Source: a virus | Lineage: Duplodnaviria > Heunggongvirae > Uroviricota > Caudoviricetes | Length of the DNA stretch: 20,376 nt | Virus record (IMG/VR): IMGVR_UViG_2877973648_000005 | Location: 1 to 20,376 of that record | Direction: 5' to 3' (one strand) | In this document: positions 8,898 to 17,471 of the stretch, in pieces | Layout: every line of letters begins with the position of its first letter | Position numbering within the stretch: position 1 is the first letter of the stretch | Made by a program: the position numbers and the translations under genes | Notes under the pieces: generated by a model | Database searches by the model: none | Told to the model about the DNA's origin: nothing | The model's input: the letters and a program-made list of their open reading frames with translations, nothing else

Positions 8898-9913
8898 AAA
8901 TCCACCCCGTAAATCCAGTCAGTGTTTGTCAGGTCGAGTTTTGGTTTGCTGGCTATCATGCCTGCCTGTTGCTTGTTACGGTTGATTTCGAGTTGGGTCC
9001 ACTTGTCGCGGAGTTTGGCCGGACTTAGCACGTTACCGGACCAGAAGTTGTCCTGGCATGCCCAGCGGAAAAGCACGCACATGTCGCGGTGGTTACGTCC
9101 GTCACGTTCACGCATCAGGCGGATATCGTTAGCCCACCCTGCAAAATTCGGTTTTCTGGCTGATGGTGCGATGGTCTTCACCATGTCAAACATCCACTCT
9201 GCGGCGGTCAGGTCTTCTGCTGTCCCCCACTTGCTGCCGCTCTGAATTGCAGCATCTGGTTTCACCACAGGAAGATCGTTTTCTGGTTGGTCAGAGGATT
9301 CGCCAGAATTCTCGGACGAAAAAGGTTTTATATTGTCTTTTGTTAGTTTGTCTTTTGTGTTTACCTGATTCGGGTAAACGCCTTTACCTGATTTGGGTAA
9401 ACTTTTCTTACCTGATTCAGGTAAATTTACCTCTTTCAGGTAAACTTTATTTTTCTTACCTGATTCGGGTAATGTTGACCATTCACTGACCACATTATTA
9501 ATACCGATATTCCGCCCGCTCTGAATCAAAATCCCACGCTTTACCAGAACACTTTTTGCAGCAGAACACTTGTGCGGTAATATCCCGGTCAATCCGGACA
9601 GTTGCTCGTTGCTCACCCAATCCAGTTTTTTATTAAAGCCATATGTTTTGCGCATGACAGCCAGGAAGACCAGAAGCTGGTGCTGTGTTAATCCGGCCAG
9701 CATCACAGCTTCCAGCAACTCATTTGCAATGCGCGTATAACCATCATCGAGATCTGCCACGCGCGGCTCCTTTTGTGCCGCATCCGGCACTGGAAAATTG
9801 AATATCTCAGCAGTGTTTGCCATAATTCCTCCCGCAATGAGTGTGTTACGATTTGCACCTGAAAGTCGGTTCTGTTCCAGCAGACCGGCTTTCGCCATTT
9901 CTGAACCTGTCAT
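8894..9913 (-). CDS. O: Replication initiator O-like protein (iteron-binding), contains ori
   Basis: Located immediately upstream of and overlapping P; contains internal iteron array plus AT-rich tract, the lambda O/ori architecture. The N-terminal domain differs from lambda O. Confidence 0.85.
   Translation of the reverse strand: MTGSEMAKAGLLEQNRLSGANRNTLIAGGIMANTAEIFNFPVPDAAQKEPRVADLDDGYTRIANELLEAVMLAGLTQHQLLVFLAVMRKTYGFNKKLDWVSNEQLSGLTGILPHKCSAAKSVLVKRGILIQSGRNIGINNVVSEWSTLPESGKKNKVYLKEVNLPESGKKSLPKSGKGVYPNQVNTKDKLTKDNIKPFSSENSGESSDQPENDLPVVKPDAAIQSGSKWGTAEDLTAAEWMFDMVKTIAPSARKPNFAGWANDIRLMRERDGRNHRDMCVLFRWACQDNFWSGNVLSPAKLRDKWTQLEINRNKQQAGMIASKPKLDLTNTDWIYGVDL
9361..9474. repeat. Replication origin iterons: five ~19-bp direct repeats TTACCTGATTCGGGTAAAC, each an internal palindrome
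   Basis: Repeats at 9361-9379, 9384-9402, 9408-9426, 9427-9445 and 9456-9474 with 0-10 bp spacing, inside the O reading frame. Confidence 0.8.
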
Positions 9914-10449
9914 ATCGCCCCCAGCATGGTAGTAACCATCGCCATCAATGGACCAGCCAGATCTGGGTCCACACGAAACATCGATACAATACCTTCACTA
10001 ATTTCCTTCAGTTTCTGGTGGCGTGGTGCGTTAAGAATGACAGCCTGTTTTGCCTCACTGAGTTCCTTTTCCATTTCAGCCAACCTGGCCATGAAGCTAT
10101 CCTGCTCAACCAGGTAACCGCGATATTCCAGCGGTAGTACCGCCAGAATTGCCGGGGTCAGTTCACGCACGTTATTTCGGTATTTTTCAGAATCGAATTT
10201 GTTATCGAGGAAGCGGAACAGCTTCTGGCGTGCACGGCTGACATCATCAGGGAAATCGATGGTGCCGCCGCCCTGCTCCCGATACTCATTCACAATGAGT
10301 GTGGCAACGACATCCTGATTATCTACAGCCGACCAGGCGCGGACGGCATCACGGATTTTTTCGTGGCCTGGCACCTGTTTTGTTTGAGAACGATTTATCA
10401 CCGCAGTCGGGCTAAATCCGCTAGTCTGTTGGTATGGAAGTGGTTGCAT
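9910..10449 (-). CDS. YdaT-like protein in the cII position (179 aa)
   Basis: Sits between cro and O with the stop overlapping the O start; the Cro-like + larger-protein pair resembles Rac ydaS-ydaT. Assignment is by synteny and general resemblance, not a firm match. Confidence 0.5.
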   Translation of the reverse strand: MQPLPYQQTSGFSPTAVINRSQTKQVPGHEKIRDAVRAWSAVDNQDVVATLIVNEYREQGGGTIDFPDDVSRARQKLFRFLDNKFDSEKYRNNVRELTPAILAVLPLEYRGYLVEQDSFMARLAEMEKELSEAKQAVILNAPRHQKLKEISEGIVSMFRVDPDLAGPLMAMVTTMLGAI

Positions 10450-10518
10450 AATTGACTCCTTTAGTTTGAATTGACTGTTAAGTTGATTGCTTATTGTTAA
10501 AGAGCGTGAAATGGAAAT

Positions 10519-10749
10519 TTAAGCTGCGTTCTTTTCGGTGTGTGGAAACAACTTCGGAAGATCCGGGCGAATCTGGTATGCCTTCACTACTCCACCAGTA
10601 GCCGTAACAATGCTGCCGACATGTTCAGGGGATACCTTTGCTTTGTTGTGAAGCCACTTATAGACGGCCTGCTGTGAAACTTCGCAAGCAGCGCCCAGTT
10701 TCTTTTGTGAACCAACGATATTGATCGCTGTTTTGATAGCTGGGTTCAT
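10519..10749 (-). CDS. cro: Cro-like repressor (YdaS/Cro HTH family, 76 aa)
   Basis: Small HTH protein divergent from cI across an operator-rich 104-bp spacer; GGAGG RBS 5 nt upstream. Confidence 0.7.
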   Translation of the reverse strand: MNPAIKTAINIVGSQKKLGAACEVSQQAVYKWLHNKAKVSPEHVGSIVTATGGVVKAYQIRPDLPKLFPHTEKNAA

Positions 10750-10853
10750 AACAACCTCCGTGGTTAATTTGAATCAAGATTAAAACTATGGTTGTTTTTA
10801 GTCAACAACCATTTTCGTTTGATGGAATAAAACCTTGGTTGTACATTTGGACT
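10750..10853. promoter_or_regulatory. OR/pR/pRM divergent control region
   Basis: Intergenic between divergent cro and cI; contains the 17-bp palindrome AAAACTATGGTTGTTTT (10782-10798), related to a site in the OL region. Confidence 0.6.
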
Positions 10854-11543
10854 ATGAAAACAACACTCTCAGAAAGACTTAAAGAAGCCAGATTAGCGCG
10901 AGGCCTTACACAAAAGGCGCTTGGGGATTTGGTCGGGGTTAGCCAGGCTGCTATTCAGAAAATCGAAACAGGGAAAGCTAATCAAACAACTAAAATCGTG
11001 GAGATCGCGAACGCTTTGGGTGTGCGCGCAGAATGGTTATCTTCTGGCGTTGGAAATATGTCAGACAGTACAGTGCAACCAATACAATCAACTGTCAGCC
11101 ATTCCAAATACTTCAAGATTGACGTTCTTGATATAGAAGTCAGTGCTGGGCCGGGAGTCATCAACCGTGAGTTTGTAGAAGTTCTACGCTCGGTTGAGTA
11201 CTCGTTTGACGATGCTCGTCACATGTTCGATGGTAGGAAGGCGGAAAATATCCGCATCATTAACGTGCGTGGTGACAGCATGTCAGGAACGATCGAACCA
11301 GGTGATCTGCTGTTCGTTGATATCACAGTTAAATCTTTCGACGGTGATGGTATCTATGCGTTTCTGTACGACGACACAGCCCATGTAAAGCGCCTGCAAA
11401 TGATGAAGGATAAGCTGCTGGTCATCTCTGATAACAAAAGCTACTCACCGTGGGACCCGATCGAGAAAGACGAGATGAACCGGGTGTTCATCTTCGGTAA
11501 GGTTATTGGGAGCATGCCGCAGACATATAGGAAGCATGGGTAG
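10854..11543 (+). CDS. cI: CI prophage repressor (N-terminal HTH, C-terminal S24 LexA-like autopeptidase)
   Basis: HTH LTQKALGDLVGVSQAAIQKIETGK; the C-terminal domain has the GDSM serine motif and a downstream Lys (HVKRLQ). Start placed at MKTTLSERL (apparently leaderless, as for lambda pRM), because the ORF-track start at 10788 would lie within the operator region. Confidence 0.85.
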   Translation: MKTTLSERLKEARLARGLTQKALGDLVGVSQAAIQKIETGKANQTTKIVEIANALGVRAEWLSSGVGNMSDSTVQPIQSTVSHSKYFKIDVLDIEVSAGPGVINREFVEVLRSVEYSFDDARHMFDGRKAENIRIINVRGDSMSGTIEPGDLLFVDITVKSFDGDGIYAFLYDDTAHVKRLQMMKDKLLVISDNKSYSPWDPIEKDEMNRVFIFGKVIGSMPQTYRKHG

Positions 11544-11664
11544 TACCAATTAAAAATTATCAACTGGGCATTGTGCTCATTCAGTAAAGAACTAATTCCT
11601 ATCTTTGCTCTAGGTAGTAATATTAAGCCACCGCAATAATATCTTTACCTAACGGCGTAAGAAT

Positions 11665-11690
11665 CCCGGTCACCGTGCCGGGTTTTCTTT
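11665..11690 (+). terminator. Rho-independent terminator after cI
   Basis: CCCGGT / GCCGGG stem followed by TTTTCTTTT. Confidence 0.55.
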
Positions 11691-11799
11691 TGCCCTCCCC
11701 TCATCACACACACCGTTAAAAAAACCACCATAACCTCGCTTCAGTTATCGCTATGCGATTCAAGTCACAAAATAAATCCATCCTAAATACAACCAGTTA

Positions 11800-11870
11800 T
11801 ATCTAAAACAACCAATAAAACAACTTTTGTTGTTGACGATAAAACAACTATAGTTTTAAATAAGTTCATC
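11800..11870. promoter_or_regulatory. OL/pL-like region
   Basis: AT-rich segment with TTGACG (-35-like) and the palindromes CAACTTTTGTTG and AAAACAACTATAGTTTT (11841-11857), the latter differing by one base from the reverse complement of the OR site. Confidence 0.5.
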
Positions 11871-12054
11871 GCAACAACACAACGATACGGCAACTACCTG
11901 ATTCACCGTTGCGATGACCGCTTAGATCCGCAGTTTGAATTTCAGCAGGCTTCGGGGAGTGCGAGGGGTGAAACGGACGCGTGAACGTCGGTGTGACCAG
12001 CTGAAATTAACTCAACATTTCATACCTCAGTCGCTTCAACGAGGCGGCTTAGTT

Positions 12055-12345
12055 ATGACAACCGGCGGCCATCCACCGCCTGAATATGCGCAGAAGTCTC
12101 TATATGTTCAGCAGCCCAGCTTACGGGCAGGAGTTTTTATGGTTCATCAACATTACGGAACACAGACCGTTAATCGCGGCGCGGTCATGCCAGGAATGCT
12201 GGTCAAACACAAAGATGGTACCTGGACTGCATCAGCTAATTTACGCGGACGGCTTTATCTGCATCGCGGCATCGAGCGCACTTATACCAGTGATTTGCTC
12301 GTGGAAGTTTTTCTCGACGGACGCGGTAACGGCCTGAATCACTAA
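12055..12345 (+). CDS. Hypothetical early-left protein (N/kil/cIII position)
   Basis: ORF immediately upstream of gam with a GAGG RBS; the same frame extends upstream through an Arg-rich stretch (KRTRERR) to GTG/TTG starts. Confidence 0.45.
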   Translation: MTTGGHPPPEYAQKSLYVQQPSLRAGVFMVHQHYGTQTVNRGAVMPGMLVKHKDGTWTASANLRGRLYLHRGIERTYTSDLLVEVFLDGRGNGLNH

Positions 12346-12421
12346 CCCCCCTTTCCTGTTTTCCTAATCAGCCTGGCATTTCGCGGGCGATATTTTCACA
12401 GCCATTTTCAGGAGTTCAGCC

Positions 12422-12718
12422 ATGAACGCTTATTACATTCAGGATCGTCTTGAGGCTCAGAGCTGGGCGCGTCACTACCAGCAGCTCGCCCGTGAAGAGA
12501 AAGAGGCAGAACTGGCAGACGACATGGAAAAAAGCCTGCCCCAGCACCTGTTTGAATCGCTATGCATCGATCATTTGCAACGCCACGGGGCCAGCAAAAA
12601 AGCCATTACCCGTGCGTTTGATGACGATGTTGAGTTTCAGGAGCGCATGGCAGAACACATCCGGTACATGGTTGAAACCATTGCTCACCACCAGGTTGAT
12701 ATTGATTCAGAGGTATAA
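12422..12718 (+). CDS. gam: Gam, RecBCD inhibitor
   Basis: Translation [37 protein letters not shown]... matches lambda Gam (short form). Confidence 0.95.
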   Translation: MNAYYIQDRLEAQSWARHYQQLAREEKEAELADDMEKSLPQHLFESLCIDHLQRHGASKKAITRAFDDDVEFQERMAEHIRYMVETIAHHQVDIDSEV

Positions 12719-12723
12719 AACGG

Positions 12724-13509
12724 ATGAGTACAGCACTCGCAACGCTGGCTGGGAAGCTGGCTGAACGTGTCGGCATGGATTCTGTCGACCCACAGGAACT
12801 GATCACCACTCTTCGCCAGACGGCATTTAAAGGTGATGCCAGCGATGCGCAGTTCATCGCATTGTTGATCGTCGCCAACCAGTACGGCCTTAATCCGTGG
12901 ACGAAAGAAATTTACGCCTTCCCTGACAAGCAGAACGGCATCGTTCCGGTGGTGGGCGTTGATGGCTGGTCCCGTATCATCAATGAAAACCAGCAGTTTG
13001 ATGGCATGGACTTTGAGCAGGACAATGAATCATGTACATGCCGGATTTACCGCAAGGACCGTAATCATCCGATCTGCGTTACCGAGTGGATGGATGAATG
13101 CCGCCGCGAACCATTCAAAACCCGCGAAGGCAGAGAAATCACGGGGCCGTGGCAGTCGCATCCCAAACGGATGTTACGGCATAAAGCCATGATTCAGTGT
13201 GCCCGTCTCGCCTTCGGATTTGCTGGTATCTATGACAAGGATGAAGCCGAGCGCATTGTCGAAAATACCGCATACACTGCAGAACGTCAGCCGGAACGCG
13301 ACATCACTCCGGTTAACGATGAAACCATGCAGGAGATTAACACTCTGCTGATCGCCCTGGATAAAACATGGGATGACGACTTATTGCCGCTCTGTTCCCA
13401 GATATTTCGCCGCGACATTCGCGCATCGTCAGAACTGACACAGGCCGAAGCAGTGAAAGCTCTTGGATTCCTGAAACAGAAAGCCACTGAGCAGAAGGTG
13501 GCAGCATGA
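12724..13509 (+). CDS. bet: Bet (Red-beta) single-strand annealing protein
   Basis: 261-aa translation essentially identical to lambda Bet. Confidence 0.97.
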   Translation: MSTALATLAGKLAERVGMDSVDPQELITTLRQTAFKGDASDAQFIALLIVANQYGLNPWTKEIYAFPDKQNGIVPVVGVDGWSRIINENQQFDGMDFEQDNESCTCRIYRKDRNHPICVTEWMDECRREPFKTREGREITGPWQSHPKRMLRHKAMIQCARLAFGFAGIYDKDEAERIVENTAYTAERQPERDITPVNDETMQEINTLLIALDKTWDDDLLPLCSQIFRRDIRASSELTQAEAVKALGFLKQKATEQKVAA

Positions 13510-14186
13510 CACCGGACATTATCCTGCAGCGTACCGGGATCGACGTGAGAGCTGTCGAACAGGGGGATGATGCATGGCACAAATTACGGCTCGGCGTCAT
13601 CACCGCTTCAGAAGTTCACAACGTGATAGCAAAGCCCCGCTCAGGAAAGAAGTGGCCTGACATGAAAATGTCCTACTTCCACACCCTGCTGGCTGAGGTT
13701 TGCACCGGTGTGGCTCCGGAAGTTAATGCTAAGGCGCTGGCCTGGGGAAAACAGTACGAGAACGACGCCAGAACCCTGTTTGAATTCACTTCCGGCGTGA
13801 ATATTACTGAATCCCCGATCATCTATCGCGACGAAAATATGCGCACCGCCTGCTCTCCCGATGGTTTATGCAGTGACGGCAACGGCCTTGAACTGAAATG
13901 CCCGTTTACCTCCCGGGATTTCATGAAATTCCGGCTCGGTGGTTTCGAGGCAATAAAATCGGCTTACATGGCCCAGGTGCAGTACAGCATGTGGGTGACG
14001 CGAAAAGATGCCTGGTACTTTGCCAACTATGACCCGCGCATGAAGCGTGAAGGCCTGCATTATGTCGTGATTGAGCGGAATGAAAAGTACATGGCGAGTT
14101 TTGACGAGATGGTGCCGGAGTTCATCGAAAAAATGGACGAGGCACTGGCTGAAATTGGTTTTGTATTTGGGGAGCAATGGCGATGA
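13506..14186 (+). CDS. exo: Exo (Red-alpha) 5'-3' exonuclease
   Basis: 226-aa translation essentially identical to lambda Exo; start overlaps the bet stop. Confidence 0.97.
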   Translation: MTPDIILQRTGIDVRAVEQGDDAWHKLRLGVITASEVHNVIAKPRSGKKWPDMKMSYFHTLLAEVCTGVAPEVNAKALAWGKQYENDARTLFEFTSGVNITESPIIYRDENMRTACSPDGLCSDGNGLELKCPFTSRDFMKFRLGGFEAIKSAYMAQVQYSMWVTRKDAWYFANYDPRMKREGLHYVVIERNEKYMASFDEMVPEFIEKMDEALAEIGFVFGEQWR

Positions 14187-14365
14187 CGCATCCTCACGAT
14201 AATATCCGGGTAGGCGCGATCACTTTCGTCTACTCCGTTACAAAGCGAGGCTGGGTATTTCCCGGCCTTTCTGTTATCCAAAATCCACTGAAAGCCCAGC
14301 GGCTGGCTGAGGAGATAAATAATAAACGAGGGGCTGTATGCACAAAGCATCTCCCGTTGAGTTAA
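14177..14365 (+). CDS. lambda orf60a-like protein
   Basis: [31 protein letters not shown]... matches lambda orf60a. Confidence 0.75.
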   Translation: MAMTHPHDNIRVGAITFVYSVTKRGWVFPGLSVIQNPLKAQRLAEEINNKRGAVCTKHLPLS

Positions 14366-14529
14366 GAACGAGTATCGAGATGGCACATAGCCTCGCTCAA
14401 ATTGGAGTCAGGTTTGTGCCAATACCAGTAGAAACAGACGAAGAATTTCACACGTTAGCCGCATCCCTTTCACAAAAGCTGGAAATGATGGTGGCGAAAG
14501 CAGAAGCAGATGAGAGAGACCAGGTATGA
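14338..14529 (+). CDS. lambda orf63-like protein
   Basis: [37 protein letters not shown]... matches lambda orf63. Confidence 0.75.
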   Translation: MHKASPVELRTSIEMAHSLAQIGVRFVPIPVETDEEFHTLAASLSQKLEMMVAKAEADERDQV

Positions 14530-14605
14530 CAACCACTGAATGCATTTTTCTGGCAGCGGGCTTCATATTCTGTGTGCTTATGCTTGCCGACATGGGACTT
14601 GTTCA

Positions 14606-14821
14606 ATGACACCTCAGCAGGAAAACGCCCTTCGCAGCATTGCCCGTCAGGCTAATTCTGAAATCAAAAAAGCCAGACAGCAGTTTCCGGATAAAAACGT
14701 CGATGACATTTGCCGTAGCGTACTGAAGAAGCACCGCGAAACGGTAACGCTGATGGGATTCACACCGACTCATTTAAGCCTGGCAATCGGCATGTTAAAC
14801 GGCGTCTTTAAGGAACGATGA
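14606..14821 (+). CDS. lambda orf61-like protein
   Basis: MTPQQENALRSIARQANSEIKKARQQFPDKNVDDICRS... matches lambda orf61; the ORF-track start at 14540 is an upstream extension. Confidence 0.7.
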   Translation: MTPQQENALRSIARQANSEIKKARQQFPDKNVDDICRSVLKKHRETVTLMGFTPTHLSLAIGMLNGVFKER

Positions 14822-14919
14822 ACATGAAAAGCAAAATCATCAGGGAGCTACAGGCTCCTTTTTTATTATTCGCATTCACCCTCAAGCGTATTAACCAACA
14901 ATTCAGGGATTAATGGAAG

Positions 14920-15141
14920 ATGGCAGACATCATTGATTCAGCATCAGAAATTGAAGAATTACAGCGCAACACAGCAATAAAAATGCGCCGCCTGAACCAC
15001 CAGGCTATATCTGCCACTCATTGTTGTGAGTGTGGCGATCCGATAGATGAACGAAGACGCCTGGTCGTTCAGGGTTGTCGGACTTGTGCAAGTTGCCAGG
15101 AAGATCTGGAGCTTATCAGTAAACAGAGAGGTTCGAAGTGA
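14920..15141 (+). CDS. TraR/DksA-family C4 zinc-finger protein (lambda orf73-like)
   Basis: CCECGDPIDERRRLVVQGCRTCASCQ four-Cys motif. Confidence 0.7.
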   Translation: MADIIDSASEIEELQRNTAIKMRRLNHQAISATHCCECGDPIDERRRLVVQGCRTCASCQEDLELISKQRGSK

Positions 15142-15449
15142 GCGAAATTAACTCTCAGGCACTGCGTGAAGCGGCAGAGCAGGCAATGCATGACGACTGG
15201 GGATTTGACGCAGACCTTTTCCATGAATTGGTAACACCATCGATTGTGCTGGAACTGCTGGAACTGCTGGATGAGCGGGAAAGAAACCAGCAATACATCA
15301 AACGCCGCGACCAGGAGAACGAGGAAATTGCGCTAACGGTAGGAAAGCTGCGCGTTGAGCTGGAAGCAGCAAAATCAAAACTCAACGAGCAGCGTGAATA
15401 TTACGAAGGTGTTATCTCGGATGGAAGTAAGCGTATTGCTGAACTGTAG
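15138..15449 (+). pseudogene. ea22: Truncated ea22 (N-terminal 103 codons only)
   Basis: MSEINSQALREAAEQAMHDDWGFDADLFHELVTPSIVLELL... matches the start of lambda Ea22 (182 aa in lambda); it ends where the AT-rich island begins. Confidence 0.65.
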
Positions 15450-15699
15450 GCCTAGGTTGAGTGTACAAGATTTGCATACGTAAGAGCAAAAGACAAGGGA
15501 GAATTGATCAGAGTTATTACCTGCCAACCAACGGGATATTACGCTTACGTACCATGTAACTAGGAATCCTTGAAGTGGCAGCCTAACTGTGGATACACTG
15601 AAATGGCGATTTGGTAACATGTTTCGCACAAGGCTGTTACTACGCTTAGAGATAATCAGTCATGATTAAATGCTTTGTAAAAAGTAAAAGGAAATTACA

Positions 15700-16314
15700 A
15701 TGAAAAAATCAACACTAATTTTAGGGCTTACGTTAATTGTCTCATCTCAAATACCATCGGCAATGGCAAAAAATGAATCAAAACTTTGGGTTGTTGTTGA
15801 TCGAACGGAAAGACATACCTGCCCTTCAAGTAAATGTGGAGTGGCTGGGAAACTATTTTTCAGGGAAGGCGTAGATTTTCTAGAAAAAAAAGGTGAATGG
15901 GTTCGTATAACTGAGCCATATTCAGCCTCATGTGTGGGAGGGGAAAGCGAATATATTAAAGAAGGTAATAAATCCTGCACAAGAAAAAACGGAATCGTTA
16001 ATGGCAAGTTTTCAGAATGGGTTAAACTTAGTGATCTTAGCAGTGAAAGGCCATCAGATCCTGCTGAAAATGCGAGCAGAAATGATACCTTAATCAAAGG
16101 ATCTGATGACTACCGTATATACAAAAAAGAGTTTTCTTCGGCAGCTAGGAAGTTAATAAGTGAAGGTGTCTGCACGGAGAGCGATTTTAAGGAAGTTGGA
16201 GGGTGGATGGCATCAAGCAATAAGGGTGAAAACATCTATTTCACATATTGCGGAGGAATGACGTTGTCGAACAGAATATATCTAGACGTTAAAAGTGGAA
16301 AGACTTTTAGATAA
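15700..16314 (+). CDS. Hypothetical secreted Cys-rich protein (204 aa), cargo gene
   Basis: Signal peptide MKKSTLILGLTLIVSSQIPSAMA; AAGGA RBS; six Cys in the mature part; very AT-rich relative to the prophage backbone. Confidence 0.65.
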   Translation: MKKSTLILGLTLIVSSQIPSAMAKNESKLWVVVDRTERHTCPSSKCGVAGKLFFREGVDFLEKKGEWVRITEPYSASCVGGESEYIKEGNKSCTRKNGIVNGKFSEWVKLSDLSSERPSDPAENASRNDTLIKGSDDYRIYKKEFSSAARKLISEGVCTESDFKEVGGWMASSNKGENIYFTYCGGMTLSNRIYLDVKSGKTFR

Positions 16315-16607
16315 TATGATATTACCAATGACAGCATTAATTTAATGCCTCCATAGAATTATCTCTAGGAAGTAAGTATAAGAAAAGTCCGCACAATGAG
16401 CTGCTGCGGGCTTTGTGTTATTCGCCATATTTTATGAAGCAAATACGACACTATAGATAATTAAGCGTTACTGGTTGTCGATTCCTCACTCATTCCTGCT
16501 GATGGCTGTCTTCTTGTATGTGTCATTGAAGGGTAATATCGCGTAAAAAGATACCGGAAGTATCCGCGCCGCCATGATTGTCTTTCTCCTGATGCAGGAA
16601 AAGCAGA

Positions 16608-16946
16608 ATGACTAAATCAGCAGCAGAGCGCAAAGCCGATCAGAGAGCCAAGCAAGCATCATCCGGTATGCGTAAGCTGGAGCTTGTACTTGATGCTCAG
16701 GAAATTGAAATGCTGGAGCGTAACTGAGCCACGCGCCGCTTCAGGCGTGCGCCTTACGAGTTTGGTGAGTACATAGCGTTACTGAGCCGCCAGGATGATG
16801 CACGTGTGCGCTGGCGTATAAAATCGATTAGCAGAAAACGTTGCCGTAAGTGCGGCGAGAAAGTTCCTGTTAATTCATGCCCGTGTAATGGTGACTCACA
16901 ATACTGGGTGACCAAAGGCTGGCACGAAACAAAATTAATGATATAA
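16608..16946 (+). pseudogene. Zinc-ribbon small protein gene interrupted by an in-frame TGA (39 codons, TGA at 16725-16727, then 72 more sense codons)
   Basis: AGGAAAAG RBS before the ATG at 16608; the same frame continues after the TGA to a TAA at 16944-16946 and encodes CRKCGEKVPVNSCPCNG. Neither half alone reaches 60 aa. Confidence 0.4.
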
Positions 16947-16974
16947 ATCTCTGTGACATGTCACGGAGGCGGCA

Positions 16975-17403
16975 ATGAAATTAGACCAGCAATATCTAAA
17001 AGATCTACTTATCGCATTCGAAAAAACTTATGGCCCTGACACGATGCTTAGTGAACTAGAGGATAATGGCTTTAATAGATATGACCAAAATTTTATTTTC
17101 CATATGCGATTATTATGTGACTACGAATTAATAGTTAGGGTTGATGGAAAACCTGGGTTCGGTCATATAATGTCCAACGAGTTAGGGGAAGGTGTTGAAT
17201 ATAGTTGGATCGAAGTACCACTGAGGTTGACAGCAAGAGGGCATGATTTTATTGCTGACTTACGTCAAAAGGAGGTCTGGCAAGCTATAAAAACAAACTT
17301 TAAGGATGAGGGGATTAGTACTCTTATGAGTGTTTCAAAATCACTAGCAAAAGGCTTTGCAAGAAAAAAAATAAAAGATATTACAGGAATAGATATTGAA
17401 TAA
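16975..17403 (+). CDS. Hypothetical cytoplasmic protein (142 aa), cargo gene
   Basis: Strong GGAGG RBS; AT-rich; followed by a terminator; no recognisable family from sequence alone. Confidence 0.65.
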   Translation: MKLDQQYLKDLLIAFEKTYGPDTMLSELEDNGFNRYDQNFIFHMRLLCDYELIVRVDGKPGFGHIMSNELGEGVEYSWIEVPLRLTARGHDFIADLRQKEVWQAIKTNFKDEGISTLMSVSKSLAKGFARKKIKDITGIDIE

Positions 17404-17448
17404 TTCTTAGCATAAAGCAACTACTGCCTTTGGTGAAAATTATATCTG

Positions 17449-17471
17449 AACTCGCTACGGCGAGTTTTTTT
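17449..17471 (+). terminator. Rho-independent terminator after the 142-aa gene
   Basis: CTCGC-TACG-GCGAG hairpin followed by TTTTTTT. Confidence 0.6.

Noticed and set aside
9361-9474. Possible CRISPR array (regularly spaced ~19-bp direct repeats)
   Set aside because: The repeats are nearly contiguous with variable spacing, individually palindromic, inside the O reading frame and followed by an AT-rich tract. That is a lambdoid ori iteron array, not repeat-spacer architecture, and there are no cas genes.
8181-10137. Plus-strand ORFs 8181-8378, 8656-8985, 8922-9245, 9163-9489, 9841-10137 and 9926-10117, and minus-strand 8390-8581
   Set aside because: All overlap the lambda-identical P and the O/YdaT-like genes on the opposite strand or in another frame; 9163-9489 is created by the iteron repeats.
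10788-10853. ORF-track start of cI at 10788 (251 aa)
   Set aside because: The extension would be translated from within the operator/promoter spacer shared with cro. The internal Met at 10854 gives a standard repressor N-terminus.
12450-14593. Alternative-frame and antisense ORFs across gam-bet-exo and orf63 (e.g. 12450-12764, 12606-12878, 12959-13192, 13287-13603, 13866-14386, 14408-14593)
   Set aside because: They overlap genes that are essentially identical to lambda Red and accessory proteins.
15069-16097. Minus-strand ORFs 15069-15293, 15155-15385, 15375-15629 and 15747-16097
   Set aside because: Antisense to ea22' and orf73, or antisense to the signal-peptide gene; low-complexity (Ser-rich) translations without RBS.
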